IMG/VR virus record: IMGVR_UViG_3300014208_000024
Span: 64,001-128,000 of that record
Reading direction: 5' to 3' (one strand)
DNA length: 64,000 nucleotides
From: a virus
Taxonomy: Duplodnaviria > Caudoviricetes
In this document: positions 34,736 to 44,890 of the stretch, piece after piece
Layout: every line of letters starts with the position of its first letter
Numbering within the stretch: the first letter of the stretch is position 1
The notes under the pieces: model-generated
Database searches by the model: none
What the model saw: the letters and a program-made list of their open reading frames with translations, nothing else
Told to the model about the DNA's origin: nothing
Translations under genes and position numbers: made by a program

Positions 34736-35575
34736 CTATATGTTACTGTTTAAAAACTCTTTCAGCTTATAACACTTTCCATACGTTCTAAGTTTCTTCA
34801 ATGCAAAATCTTTTATTTGACGTACTCTTTCATTTGTTAAATCTAATTCTTCACCAATTTCTCTTAAATTCATTTCCTGTCCAGTTTCAAGTCCAAAATA
34901 CATCTTTAGAATTTTACTTTCTCTTTTGTTGAGTCCTGATAAAACTGTGTTTATCTCGTATGAAGCAGCATCTTTGTTAATTTTTTTCTGTATATTATTA
35001 AATTCATCACCCTCTAGATAATCTGAAAAAGTTGATTTTGAATCTTCAGAACATGAGTTTTCTAATTCTACAAAAAAATTACAATCATTAAATGAATTTA
35101 TAATGTCAATTTCACAAACATCGCTAAAGTCACTTATTTCTTTTGATGTCGGCTCCCTGTTTAACTCTTTAAATAAAATATCCTTTGTTTTATTTATTTT
35201 ATTGTTGATATTGATGCGGTTTACTGGTAATCGTACAATGCTTCCATTTTCATAAATAGATTGTATAATCGATTGTCTTATCCACCACACCGCATAAGAA
35301 ATAAAACGAATTTTTTTAGTTTCATCAAATTTGTCAACAGCTTTTATAAGGCCAATGTTTCCTTCACTGATTAAATCTTCTAATGGAATATTACTATATT
35401 GATATTCCTTTGCCACTGTTACTACAAATCTTAAATTACTTTGAACTAACTTATTTAAAGCAAGTTTATCCCCCGATTTTGCTTTAATTGCTAGTTCAGT
35501 TTGCTCTCCTCCGCTGAGCAATTCCACACTCTTAAGGTCTTTAAAATAAGCCTTAAGCGCAATGCTTATATCCAT
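34736..35575 (-). CDS. RNA polymerase sigma-70 family factor (RpoD/RpoS-like)
   Basis: NLRFVVTVAK, DLISEGNIGLIKAVDKFD, FISYAVWWIRQ, LTNERVRQI. Confidence 0.92.
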   Translation of the reverse strand: MDISIALKAYFKDLKSVELLSGGEQTELAIKAKSGDKLALNKLVQSNLRFVVTVAKEYQYSNIPLEDLISEGNIGLIKAVDKFDETKKIRFISYAVWWIRQSIIQSIYENGSIVRLPVNRININNKINKTKDILFKELNREPTSKEISDFSDVCEIDIINSFNDCNFFVELENSCSEDSKSTFSDYLEGDEFNNIQKKINKDAASYEINTVLSGLNKRESKILKMYFGLETGQEMNLREIGEELDLTNERVRQIKDFALKKLRTYGKCYKLKEFLNSNI

Positions 35576-35587
35576 TAATTATGTGGA

Positions 35588-36076
35588 TTAGTCTTCCCAA
35601 TCTAATTGAGCAAAAAAAGCTTTGATTCTCTCAAACTCTTCTCTTGATTCAATATTTAGAAAGGCTTCTTGGGGAACTGGGGGATTTTGTCTTACATCAA
35701 GACCTGAAAACAACAAAGAGAGATAACGTGTTTCAACACCTTTCTCTCTAAATGTGATTAAATCAATTTCTAAATTACCAGCACTTTCATCCTGATAACA
35801 AAAATAAGTTTCACAGCCTTGATTTATTTGTTTTTTTAAAACTGGCTGAGTAACTACTGTTGAAATTGTTTTTTGTTCCTGCACAACATTTACCGCTGGG
35901 CGGGAAACTTGTGGCTGTGGTTGGGTCTCTTGTGTTTGAATAGTTTGTTTTGAAGCGATTTGACTCTGAACTTTTTGTTCAGACAAGCCGTTTTTCTTTC
36001 CAAAACTTTTCAAATTTGCTTTTTGTTCTGGGGTCATTTGATAAACTTTCCCAGAACCTTCTTGTCCTGTACTCAT
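35588..36076 (-). CDS. hypothetical protein
   Basis: Gln-rich N half, compact C domain; TATTTTTG at 36109-36116. Confidence 0.65.
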   Translation of the reverse strand: MSTGQEGSGKVYQMTPEQKANLKSFGKKNGLSEQKVQSQIASKQTIQTQETQPQPQVSRPAVNVVQEQKTISTVVTQPVLKKQINQGCETYFCYQDESAGNLEIDLITFREKGVETRYLSLLFSGLDVRQNPPVPQEAFLNIESREEFERIKAFFAQLDWED

Positions 36077-36157
36077 AAACTTTGTCTTTGTATTTTATTG
36101 TCTAATTGCAAAAATACAAAATAAATATAAAAAAAACAACTTTTTAAAGAGTTAATT

Positions 36158-36598
36158 TTATTTTATATTTATTGTTCTTTGAATAAACCCATGTGCTTGC
36201 CCTCCCACAAATGGATTTGTAACAATCAAGTTTGTATTTTTTAATAAAGAATCAACGTCATGATGTCCAAATTTTTTATCTAATTTTTTAATCCAAAATA
36301 AAAATCCAAATCTTTCTGTTTTTGTTCTATATGAGTTTTGTGGAACATCTAAATTATAATCAATACCATTAATTAACCCTATACTTTCTAGCCTTTGTCT
36401 TATATAGTTTATTTGTTCATATTCTTCTGAAGAATATTTGTTTTCATCACGTTTTGAATTTATTTCCACGGCATTTTTTCTGTTAATATTATCAATATGA
36501 TCATCTGAAAGATCATAATTATATTTATTAACATTTTCATTTACTGATTTATTAAAGTTCTTAACTTTATCAATCATTTCTCTAATTTCTTTACTCAT
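36158..36598 (-). CDS. hypothetical protein, probably late/virion
   Basis: MSKEIREMIDKVKNF start; TATTTATA at 36609-36616. Confidence 0.65.
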   Translation of the reverse strand: MSKEIREMIDKVKNFNKSVNENVNKYNYDLSDDHIDNINRKNAVEINSKRDENKYSSEEYEQINYIRQRLESIGLINGIDYNLDVPQNSYRTKTERFGFLFWIKKLDKKFGHHDVDSLLKNTNLIVTNPFVGGQAHGFIQRTINIK

Positions 36599-36619
36599 AA
36601 AATTTTTATATAAATATTT

Positions 36620-37354
36620 TTATTTTATTTTTGTAACAAGATGTTTATGAAACTTTACACCAGGGAATTTTTCAATAGTTTCAATATATGCTTTTTCTAG
36701 CCAATCATTTCTATCTTCAAAGAAGTGAACTTCTTCCCATCCATTATTAATAATACTATCTTGTATTACTTTTACTTTGTAATCGGCAATTCCTTTGCTT
36801 CCACCTGGAAATAAATGTAATCCATAATTTGGAAATTCAATTTTAAGATCTTTTAATCTTTGTTCTATGGCTAATCTCATTTTTTCCCCCCTTCCTGTTA
36901 CAATCATTTTATTTTCACAATTTTTATAAATTTCAAATATTTCATTATTAACTTTTATTCCTATTGTTTCATTATTATTATAATAATCTGGCTGTGGTCT
37001 TAAGTTTAAAACTTGATTTTTTTCTTCTAATGCTCTTAATAAATCTTTTTTTATAGAAAATTTTAAACCTACTTCTTTTAATTTTTCCAAACTTAAATCT
37101 TGAATAAAATCCAAGAACTCTCCTCCTAATGGTTTTTTATTTCTGCAATCAAGAATTATAATAAAATCATTGTTTTTTTCAAAACACAACTCTTTTGCGA
37201 ACAACAAATAAAAAATATTCTTAATTTTTTTAATATAATTTTTTATATCTTCGTTTTCCGTTTGTATTTGCCCGTTTTCTATATTTATGAATTCATAGAA
37301 ATAAATTGGTTTAATCAATGTATCGTCTAAATCAAATATTTTTATTTTTTTCAT
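36620..37354 (-). CDS. HAD-family phosphatase (RNA-repair-like HAD)
   Basis: FDLDDTL, IVTGR, FFEDR; start MKKIK. Confidence 0.75.
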   Translation of the reverse strand: MKKIKIFDLDDTLIKPIYFYEFINIENGQIQTENEDIKNYIKKIKNIFYLLFAKELCFEKNNDFIIILDCRNKKPLGGEFLDFIQDLSLEKLKEVGLKFSIKKDLLRALEEKNQVLNLRPQPDYYNNNETIGIKVNNEIFEIYKNCENKMIVTGRGEKMRLAIEQRLKDLKIEFPNYGLHLFPGGSKGIADYKVKVIQDSIINNGWEEVHFFEDRNDWLEKAYIETIEKFPGVKFHKHLVTKIK

Positions 37355-37382
37355 ACTATTTATATATAAATATAATAAATTT

Positions 37383-38609
37383 ATGGAAACAAATATATTA
37401 AAAAACTGGATTATAATCAATATATTAAATGAAAAAGGAAAAATTTCTGGAAAAAAATTAAATTCTGTTTTATTACAGAATAAAAATATAAAAGAAGAAA
37501 TAAAAGAAAAAACCTCTTTTTGCCCCGAAGATTTTCCTGTTTTTTATAGAGTTAAAATGATTTTAAACAACATTACAGAATTTAAAAAATGTGCAAATTG
37601 TGGTATTAAAAATGTTTCTTGGAATAAGTCGAATCATAAAATTTTAGATTATTGTTCAAACAAATGTGCTTCAAGTCATATTGCAACAAGAGAAAAAGTT
37701 AAAAAAACAGTTTTAGAAAATTTTGGAGTTGAGCACATTATGAAAAGTGAGAAATTTAAAAATCAATACAAAGAAACGTGTTTAAAAAATCATGGTGTTG
37801 ATAATGTGTCTAAATTAAAAAATATTAAAGACAAAAAAGCAAAAACTAACTTAAAAAATTGGGGAGTGAAGAATGTATCTCAAAATGAAGAAATAAAAAA
37901 AAAGAAACGTAAAACTACAAGAAATAATTTTGGAGTTGATTATCCTATACAAAACTTAAATATTAAAGAGAAAACAAAACAAACTAATTTAAAAATATAT
38001 AAAACAAAGCATGTACTACAAAACGAACAAGTAAGAGAAAAGGGAAAAAAAACTAATTTAAAAAAATTTGGAACTGAATTTCCCACAAAAAACAAAGAGG
38101 TTAAACAAAAAATAATAGATACTAAAATAAAAAAATACGGAAAAGATTTTGTGAAATTACATAGAGAAAAATCAAAAAAAACTTGTTTGTTAAAATACGG
38201 CGTAGAATATCCATCTCAAAACACTGAAATTTATAAAAAAATTCAAGTCAATTCTTCTAAAATACATGAATACAAAAACACAAGTATTTTTTATCAAGGC
38301 TCCTATGAAAAATATTTTTTAGAGCAAATGGAATATAAAAACTTGTTAAGTAAAGTTGTGAATGGAAAATGCTATGAATATTATTTAAATGGGAAAAAAC
38401 ATAAATACCACGTTGATTTCCTTTACATCGATTTAAATATAGAAATTAAATCATCATGGACTTATAATAAAAATGGAAAGGACAAAAAATTAGAACTGGA
38501 AAACGAAAATAAATGGAAAGCAATCGTAGATAACGGCGATAAAATTATTGTCTTATTTAGTAAAAAACAAATATTTGAATTTGTACAAAATCAAAATATT
38601 AACCAATAG
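37383..38609 (+). CDS. homing-type endonuclease with FGV/YGV repeats
   Basis: ENFGVEHIM, KYGVEYPSQ repeats; YQGSYE..YHVDF..IEIKSSW. Confidence 0.72.
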   Translation: METNILKNWIIINILNEKGKISGKKLNSVLLQNKNIKEEIKEKTSFCPEDFPVFYRVKMILNNITEFKKCANCGIKNVSWNKSNHKILDYCSNKCASSHIATREKVKKTVLENFGVEHIMKSEKFKNQYKETCLKNHGVDNVSKLKNIKDKKAKTNLKNWGVKNVSQNEEIKKKKRKTTRNNFGVDYPIQNLNIKEKTKQTNLKIYKTKHVLQNEQVREKGKKTNLKKFGTEFPTKNKEVKQKIIDTKIKKYGKDFVKLHREKSKKTCLLKYGVEYPSQNTEIYKKIQVNSSKIHEYKNTSIFYQGSYEKYFLEQMEYKNLLSKVVNGKCYEYYLNGKKHKYHVDFLYIDLNIEIKSSWTYNKNGKDKKLELENENKWKAIVDNGDKIIVLFSKKQIFEFVQNQNINQ

Positions 38610-38928
38610 AAATCTTGGAATATAGATCTTTATATTTTAAAATCTTTTCCATTTTAATAGAATCTAATACCAAACCCTTACCTTTTCCAAGAACTATATT
38701 AACTTCTTTAGAAAGTGCTGTTTCTATAAATTCAAAACTCAATCTTGTGTCTTGAATTTCAAATCCTCTTTCAGAAAATATAACCTCATATGGATTTGTA
38801 CTCTTATCGAAATTTACAACCGTTTCTTTAGCCTTCGGTTTTACCGAACCAGGGTTCATTTGATTAATTTCCCCCAAACTTTCTTGTAATGTTTTTACAA
38901 TTTCTTTTTTCTTATTATTCTTTATCAT
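38599..38928 (-). CDS. hypothetical protein
   Basis: 109 aa; TATTTATA at 38945-38952. Confidence 0.65.
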   Translation of the reverse strand: MIKNNKKKEIVKTLQESLGEINQMNPGSVKPKAKETVVNFDKSTNPYEVIFSERGFEIQDTRLSFEFIETALSKEVNIVLGKGKGLVLDSIKMEKILKYKDLYSKISIG

Positions 38929-39000
38929 AACAAAAACTATTTTTTATAAATAGTTAAATTTTATAAAAAATGCCCATCATTGACGGGCATCTTTACATTG

Positions 39001-39303
39001 TTAAACAACTTCTTTTTTCTTTGATTCTAGAGTTTTCTTTCTATAAACCATATAAACACTCTGAGTAAAACTCATTGGTTTAAATCTTGTTTTAGATATA
39101 TCAGCGGGTCCATTCAATTGTTTAGATTTTAATATCTTTTCAATTTCCTGATTTTGTCTTTCTTTAAGTTTCTTTTTTTCAAGAATTGCAAAAGTTTTCT
39201 TTTCCCCTTTTTCTTTTTGAGTTTTTTTCAATCTTTCACATCTCTTAACGCCCCTCTTTATAACGGCTTTTCTTTCTTCTGTGGTTTTTTTGTTCTTTTT
39301 CAT
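39001..39303 (-). CDS. highly basic hypothetical protein
   Basis: Lys/Arg-rich 100 aa ORF. Confidence 0.5.
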   Translation of the reverse strand: MKKNKKTTEERKAVIKRGVKRCERLKKTQKEKGEKKTFAILEKKKLKERQNQEIEKILKSKQLNGPADISKTRFKPMSFTQSVYMVYRKKTLESKKKEVV

Positions 39304-39353
39304 TTTTAAAATTTTTATTAAATATAATAAATTAAATACAATAAATCAAATTT

Positions 39354-41933
39354 TTAATTACATTTTGAATATTGACCACAACTATTACATTTTAAACATC
39401 CTTCAACATATATAAGTTTAGCGCCACAAACTTCGCATGTATCTGGACTTATTGTTCCGTTTTTTACGTATTTTCTTAATGTTCTTACTACACCATTTTT
39501 CCACGTATTTAAAGTATCTCCTTTAAGTTTGAGACTACTTATTAAATTTACAGCATATGGTATAGGCATTCCATGTCTTAAAATAGCAGAAATCAATTTT
39601 GCATAATTCCAATATTCTTCATTAAAAGATCGTGAAAGTCCAGCCATTTCAACTGGATAACCATCTTTATCTATATATCTGAAATCATATATAGAAACAT
39701 CTTCTCCTACTTCGTTTTTAATTTTTCTTTTAATTACTTGGCCCTTTTCGACATATGATGGAATTGGAAAAGAATCAAGTTTTCCAGTAAATAATTCATA
39801 GGGAAATTCATTTTCTTCTGCTTGTTCAATTCCTTCTGGTGAAACTTTTCCTACAATAGCTACCCATTTTTCATAGTTATTGTTAAAAGTAAATACATCA
39901 GAGTTTACAACTTTTGGTCTTTTTCTAGCATTATTTTCAAATGTTTTCTTGTTTTTTTCTTCTTTAGCTGAAACTAAAACCCCGCTTCTACAACCATCTC
40001 TATAAACAGTCAAACCTTTACATCCAACTCTCCATCCAGTTTCATAAACTTTTGCAACCAATTCTTCTGTCGCATCACTTGGTAAATTAACTGTAACAGA
40101 AATTGAATGATCTACATGCTTTTGGACTCTGCCTTGCATTTCTACTTTTTTTACCCAATTAACATCAGCGGATGTGGCTTTGTGATAAGGAGATTTTTCT
40201 ACTATCTTACTTATTTCAGCGGAATTCATTTTTTTGACCTCTTCTACATTATATTCATTAACTTGAAGCCATGTCTCAAATTTATGATGAAATACGGGAT
40301 ATTCTTGCCAAGTATCTCCTTGTTTGTCTGTAAAATCTACTCTGGCATCTTTTTCTTGTGGATTAATTTTCCTTCTTCTCATATAATTTGGTAAGAAAAC
40401 AGGTTCAATCCCAGATGTTGTTTGTGTTAAAATTGAAACACTTCCAGTTGGGGCGATTGTTAAAAGTGCAATATTTCTTCTTCCATATGTCATCATCTCT
40501 TTATACAAATCTGCATCTTCCTCTTTTATTCTTTGTATAAATGGATTTTTTCTTTCTTTTTCCATGTCCCACACTTCAAAACTACCTCTTTCTTTTGCTA
40601 AATTTACAGAGCTTCTATATGCTTCAAGTTTAAGAATTTTTTGTACTTCTACTGAAAAATCAATTGCATCATCAGTTCCATAAGTTAAACCTAAAGCTGC
40701 AAGCATATCTCCTTCTGCTGTTATTCCCAATCCAGATCTTCTTCCTTTTTCCGCTTTGTTTTTTATTTGAATCCACAATTCTTTTTCTGTTCTTTTTATG
40801 TGTTCTGGCTCTGGATCATTTTCAATTTTACCTAAAATTAAATTTATTTTTTCTAATTCTAAATCTATCATATCATCCATCATTCTTTGAGCTTTATTAA
40901 CATGATCTTTAAAAAGAACGAAATTAAATTTAGCGTTTTTTGTAAATGGATTATCAACATATGAATATAAATTAATGGCAATAAGACGACAACTGTCTCC
41001 TGGACACAATGGTATTTCACCACATGGATTAGTACTAATAGTCTTAAAACCATCGTCTTGATAACAATCTGGAACCGATTCTTTAATTATTGTATCCCAA
41101 AACAACACACCAGGCTCAGCAGCCTTCCATGCATTATGAATTATTTTCTCCCAAAGTTTTTTAGCTTCAATTTCTTTAGAAAATATTGGAGATTTAGAAT
41201 CAATCGGATATTGTTGTGTAAATTTTTCTCCGTTCAGTGCAGCCTTCATAAAATCATCAGTTAACTTAATAGAAACGTTGGCTCCAGTGACTTTTCCTTC
41301 TTCCATTTTTGCGTCGATAAACTTTTCTGAATCTGGATGAACAATAGAAATTGATTCCATTAAAGCCCCCCTTCTTCCACCTTGAGCTACTTCTCTGGTT
41401 GAATTTGAATACCTTTCCATAAATGGAACCACCCCAGTTGAAGTAAGTGCTGAATTTAAAACGATAGATCCTTCAGGTCTTACAAATGATAAATCTAACC
41501 CAACACCAGCTCTTCTTTTTTGAAGTTGAACCAACTCTTGATCTAATTTAAGAATTCCCCCATATGAATCAGCATCAGTGTCATTTCCAATAACAAAGCA
41601 ATTTGAAATAGAAACATATTGAAAATTATTTCCAATCCCAGCCATTGGGCTTCCTTGAGGAATTACATACGAAAAATCTTTTATTAAATCAAATATTTCT
41701 TCTTCTGTTAATGGATTGTTATAATAACCTTCTATTCTAGCAAACTCTTTTGCTATCCTTTTATGCATATCATTTGGAGTGAGTTCATATATGTTTCCTT
41801 GTTTATCTCTAAGTGCATATTTTTTAACCCATACCTCTGCGGCCATTACATCTCCTTTAAAATATTCGGTGCTTGATTTTAGCGCTTCTTCTTTTGAATA
41901 AATTTTTTGTGTTTTTTTTTCTTTTACTTCCAT
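39354..41933 (-). CDS. nrdJ: class II (adenosylcobalamin-dependent) ribonucleotide reductase
   Basis: PQGSPM, SNCF, TNPCGE, TIAPTG, TSGIEP, KGLTVYRDG, C-terminal CxxC..CxxC; start MEVKE. Confidence 0.92.
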   Translation of the reverse strand: MEVKEKKTQKIYSKEEALKSSTEYFKGDVMAAEVWVKKYALRDKQGNIYELTPNDMHKRIAKEFARIEGYYNNPLTEEEIFDLIKDFSYVIPQGSPMAGIGNNFQYVSISNCFVIGNDTDADSYGGILKLDQELVQLQKRRAGVGLDLSFVRPEGSIVLNSALTSTGVVPFMERYSNSTREVAQGGRRGALMESISIVHPDSEKFIDAKMEEGKVTGANVSIKLTDDFMKAALNGEKFTQQYPIDSKSPIFSKEIEAKKLWEKIIHNAWKAAEPGVLFWDTIIKESVPDCYQDDGFKTISTNPCGEIPLCPGDSCRLIAINLYSYVDNPFTKNAKFNFVLFKDHVNKAQRMMDDMIDLELEKINLILGKIENDPEPEHIKRTEKELWIQIKNKAEKGRRSGLGITAEGDMLAALGLTYGTDDAIDFSVEVQKILKLEAYRSSVNLAKERGSFEVWDMEKERKNPFIQRIKEEDADLYKEMMTYGRRNIALLTIAPTGSVSILTQTTSGIEPVFLPNYMRRRKINPQEKDARVDFTDKQGDTWQEYPVFHHKFETWLQVNEYNVEEVKKMNSAEISKIVEKSPYHKATSADVNWVKKVEMQGRVQKHVDHSISVTVNLPSDATEELVAKVYETGWRVGCKGLTVYRDGCRSGVLVSAKEEKNKKTFENNARKRPKVVNSDVFTFNNNYEKWVAIVGKVSPEGIEQAEENEFPYELFTGKLDSFPIPSYVEKGQVIKRKIKNEVGEDVSIYDFRYIDKDGYPVEMAGLSRSFNEEYWNYAKLISAILRHGMPIPYAVNLISSLKLKGDTLNTWKNGVVRTLRKYVKNGTISPDTCEVCGAKLIYVEGCLKCNSCGQYSKCN

Positions 41934-41995
41934 AAATTGTATTTTTTCTGTCTCAATAAATAGAAAACAGTTTTTAATTTTTGGCAATTTCTTTA

Positions 41996-43459
41996 TTAAT
42001 CTTTTATCTCTTGAGTAAACTCTTGATTTTGTAATAATTGTCCTGCAGAGTTCATTATTTTATCTATATTATTTCTGTCTTTTTTATGTCTTTCAACAGA
42101 ATCTACTCCAATAATTGCACCTTTTTCAATGTGTGTATATTCTTCTTCATCTGGATTTTCAACTTCTATTTTTAAAATATTAGAATCAAATATCAATGAG
42201 AGTAATTTGCCTATTGGACCATTTCTGTTTTTTAATATTTTTAAACTTGCTTTATTTGAGCGCAATTGAACATCATCCCTGCCAAATCCAACAACCAAAT
42301 CTGCAATATTATTTTTTGCTTTTGCTTCTGCTGTCATGCCTAATTCAATTTCTTTTTTCGAATATCCATCTCCAGAAGTTTGCGAAGCTGTAAGAACAGG
42401 AACCCCAAATTCTATTGCCATTGCTCTTAAAGATTTATAAATATCCACCAGCTCATGTCTTAACAACTCACCTTTTTGTAAAGGTTTCATATTATCTGCA
42501 TAATCAACTATGATAATTTCTGGAATAAAATTTTCGTTACAACGAAGCCAATCTAAGTGAGTGTAAAAAGTATTTATTGTTGCAGTTCCGTCTGGGAAAT
42601 TTTTAATTTTAAGATTTATTTGTAATTCTTGTGCATTTTCAACAATCAACTCTTCGAAATTTGAAACGTCTCTAAGTGGAATGTTGTTTAAACAGGCATC
42701 AAATCTTTGTCCAACTATTTCTTCTGATAGTTCTAAGGTATAATACACAACTTTTTTTCTCTGTAACAGTGCTGCAACTCCATTTCTAACAAGAAACATA
42801 GATTTTCCTCCTCCAGTTGGAGCCATCACCACAAACAACTCACCAGAAGAAACTCCCTTTCCAATGTGTTTATCTAAACCTGGCAATATAGAAACTGGGT
42901 TCCTAAAATCTTTCTTCAATCTTTTTTTAACATCACGAACATAATCGTGACCAGAATTTTTTGGCTCTCCAGCTTTTAGAGCATCTTCCATTTTAACCTT
43001 CATAGAATCAAAGGTGTTTTTTTTCCAATCTACAGCAAGTTCTATGAGTGTATTTTTTATTTTTTGAGATTTGAAATATTTATAAGCTCTCTCTTTGACT
43101 GATTCTTTTTTTTGATGCTCTAAATCTAAAACTTTTATTTTTTCAATGAGGCCATAGATATGTTCTTTTAAAAGATCATCTTTTTCTTTATCATTAACCA
43201 TTTCTGCAAGCTCATCATAATCGGCTGAAATTCTATACTTTTTAAAAAATTCCATTTCATAATCTACCAAAATTTTATGATACCCATCAAAATATTCTGG
43301 AAATATAATATCCATTATTTGTTGAGGCCAATTGTTTTTGTCTTCAATAAAAACTTTTAAAAATTTTGATTGATAGTTTGATTCAAAAACATCTATGTTA
43401 TCATTAATAAAAGCTAATAATTCATCTTGTAAATTTTTATTTTTTTTACTATTAGTCAT
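41996..43459 (-). CDS. DnaB-like replicative helicase
   Basis: APTGGGKS, YTLELS, IVDYAD, TASQ, KNRNGP. Confidence 0.88.
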   Translation of the reverse strand: MTNSKKNKNLQDELLAFINDNIDVFESNYQSKFLKVFIEDKNNWPQQIMDIIFPEYFDGYHKILVDYEMEFFKKYRISADYDELAEMVNDKEKDDLLKEHIYGLIEKIKVLDLEHQKKESVKERAYKYFKSQKIKNTLIELAVDWKKNTFDSMKVKMEDALKAGEPKNSGHDYVRDVKKRLKKDFRNPVSILPGLDKHIGKGVSSGELFVVMAPTGGGKSMFLVRNGVAALLQRKKVVYYTLELSEEIVGQRFDACLNNIPLRDVSNFEELIVENAQELQINLKIKNFPDGTATINTFYTHLDWLRCNENFIPEIIIVDYADNMKPLQKGELLRHELVDIYKSLRAMAIEFGVPVLTASQTSGDGYSKKEIELGMTAEAKAKNNIADLVVGFGRDDVQLRSNKASLKILKNRNGPIGKLLSLIFDSNILKIEVENPDEEEYTHIEKGAIIGVDSVERHKKDRNNIDKIMNSAGQLLQNQEFTQEIKD

Positions 43460-43460
43460 A

Positions 43461-43865
43461 TTACTTTTTTTCAACACTTGCTAAAATTATTCCTTTATGT
43501 TCTTCGGATATTTTATTTATAATTATTTGACTAACTTTTTCAAATATAAAATACAATTCCACTTCATTTTGTGAAATATTTTTTTCTTCTATTCCACAAA
43601 CATCAAGTTTTAAATCGCTCAATATTTTATCAGAATATTTAACTATAAAAGAAATTGCATCCTTACTTTCTCCAAGTTTTAGTTTTAATGAAATTTTTTC
43701 TTCTAACTCAACACTCATGTCTTTGAATGTATAAAAAAAACTTACATTTTCATTTTCAAGAACTTCTTTTTGAAATCCTATTAAGTCAACTTCATACTGG
43801 AAGATAACATTACCACTTTTTTTGTTTTCAAGTTGAAAAACTAATTTCTCATTCGTTGAATCCAT
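43461..43865 (-). CDS. hypothetical protein
   Basis: 134 aa ORF within the operon. Confidence 0.6.
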   Translation of the reverse strand: MDSTNEKLVFQLENKKSGNVIFQYEVDLIGFQKEVLENENVSFFYTFKDMSVELEEKISLKLKLGESKDAISFIVKYSDKILSDLKLDVCGIEEKNISQNEVELYFIFEKVSQIIINKISEEHKGIILASVEKK

Positions 43866-43869
43866 GTTT

Positions 43870-44886
43870 TTAATTTTTTAAATTTGTACTAAATTCTTTT
43901 TCTTTGTTTGTAATTCTGAAATATGGAGCAAAAAACAAATCTAAATACTCGCTTTTTACAAATTTAGTAAATCCTTTTCTAATAAACAAACTCATAGCAG
44001 AGTTTATTGAAAAATCTTTTGTTATTGGTTCGTAAAAAATTTTTTGCATCTCGTTTTTTACTTCTTCATTTATAAAAGGTTTTTTTAAATTCATTAGTTC
44101 TGCATTTCTATACAGAATACTTCTGCTTTTAATTATTTTATCGTAAATTTTTATTTTTTTCTCTCTTTTTTTATTATAACACTCTTCAACTAGACGGTTA
44201 TACATATATTTTTCTTCTGACATTCTTGGAAAATTTTCTAACAAATTTCCTGTTGTAACTCCATTAACTCCACTTATTTTATCAGCTTTATCTCCCTCAA
44301 AACATTTAAACAAAAGAGCGTTTTCAACTGGATAACCATATGTTTTTTTAAAATTATGTATGGTTATTAATTCAAAATTGTCTGGATTCAAAATGGAAAC
44401 TTTTGGACTTACAAGTTGAAGAAAATCTCCATCTCTACTGTATATTATTATTTCTTCGTTTTCAATCTTGCTATTTAAAATATAATAAGCAATCAAATCA
44501 TCAGCCTCTATGTACTTTACTTCAAGAAATCTGATGTGAAACGCTTCTAAAAATTCATTAACAACAAATTTTTGAAGAACTATCTCAAACCTTTCTTTGT
44601 CTTCTGGGGAATCCATTCCATTTGTAGAAATAGCATGTTCTTCTGCTTCCCAATCTTTCTTTCTGTTAGATTTATACGGTTTGTAAATTTCATATCTGAA
44701 CTTTCCAGCATTAAATCCATCCCACATTACCACAACTCTATCTGGTAACAATTTACTTATCACAGACTTTAAACTATCAAGAAAGCCAAATGAGCCCCCG
44801 CAAAGGTTCCCATTGGCTTCATATCCTTTTCTTTTGTGAAAGTTCTTTTTGAGGCACCAAGTCCCATCTACTATTAAAGTTACCAT
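43870..44886 (-). CDS. 5'-3' exonuclease / RNase H (PolA N-terminal, T4 rnh-like)
   Basis: LIVDG, WDG, YKPYKSNR, EADDLI, SRDGDFLQL, GDKADKISGV. Confidence 0.9.
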   Translation of the reverse strand: MVTLIVDGTWCLKKNFHKRKGYEANGNLCGGSFGFLDSLKSVISKLLPDRVVVMWDGFNAGKFRYEIYKPYKSNRKKDWEAEEHAISTNGMDSPEDKERFEIVLQKFVVNEFLEAFHIRFLEVKYIEADDLIAYYILNSKIENEEIIIYSRDGDFLQLVSPKVSILNPDNFELITIHNFKKTYGYPVENALLFKCFEGDKADKISGVNGVTTGNLLENFPRMSEEKYMYNRLVEECYNKKREKKIKIYDKIIKSRSILYRNAELMNLKKPFINEEVKNEMQKIFYEPITKDFSINSAMSLFIRKGFTKFVKSEYLDLFFAPYFRITNKEKEFSTNLKN

Positions 44887-44890
44887 AAAA

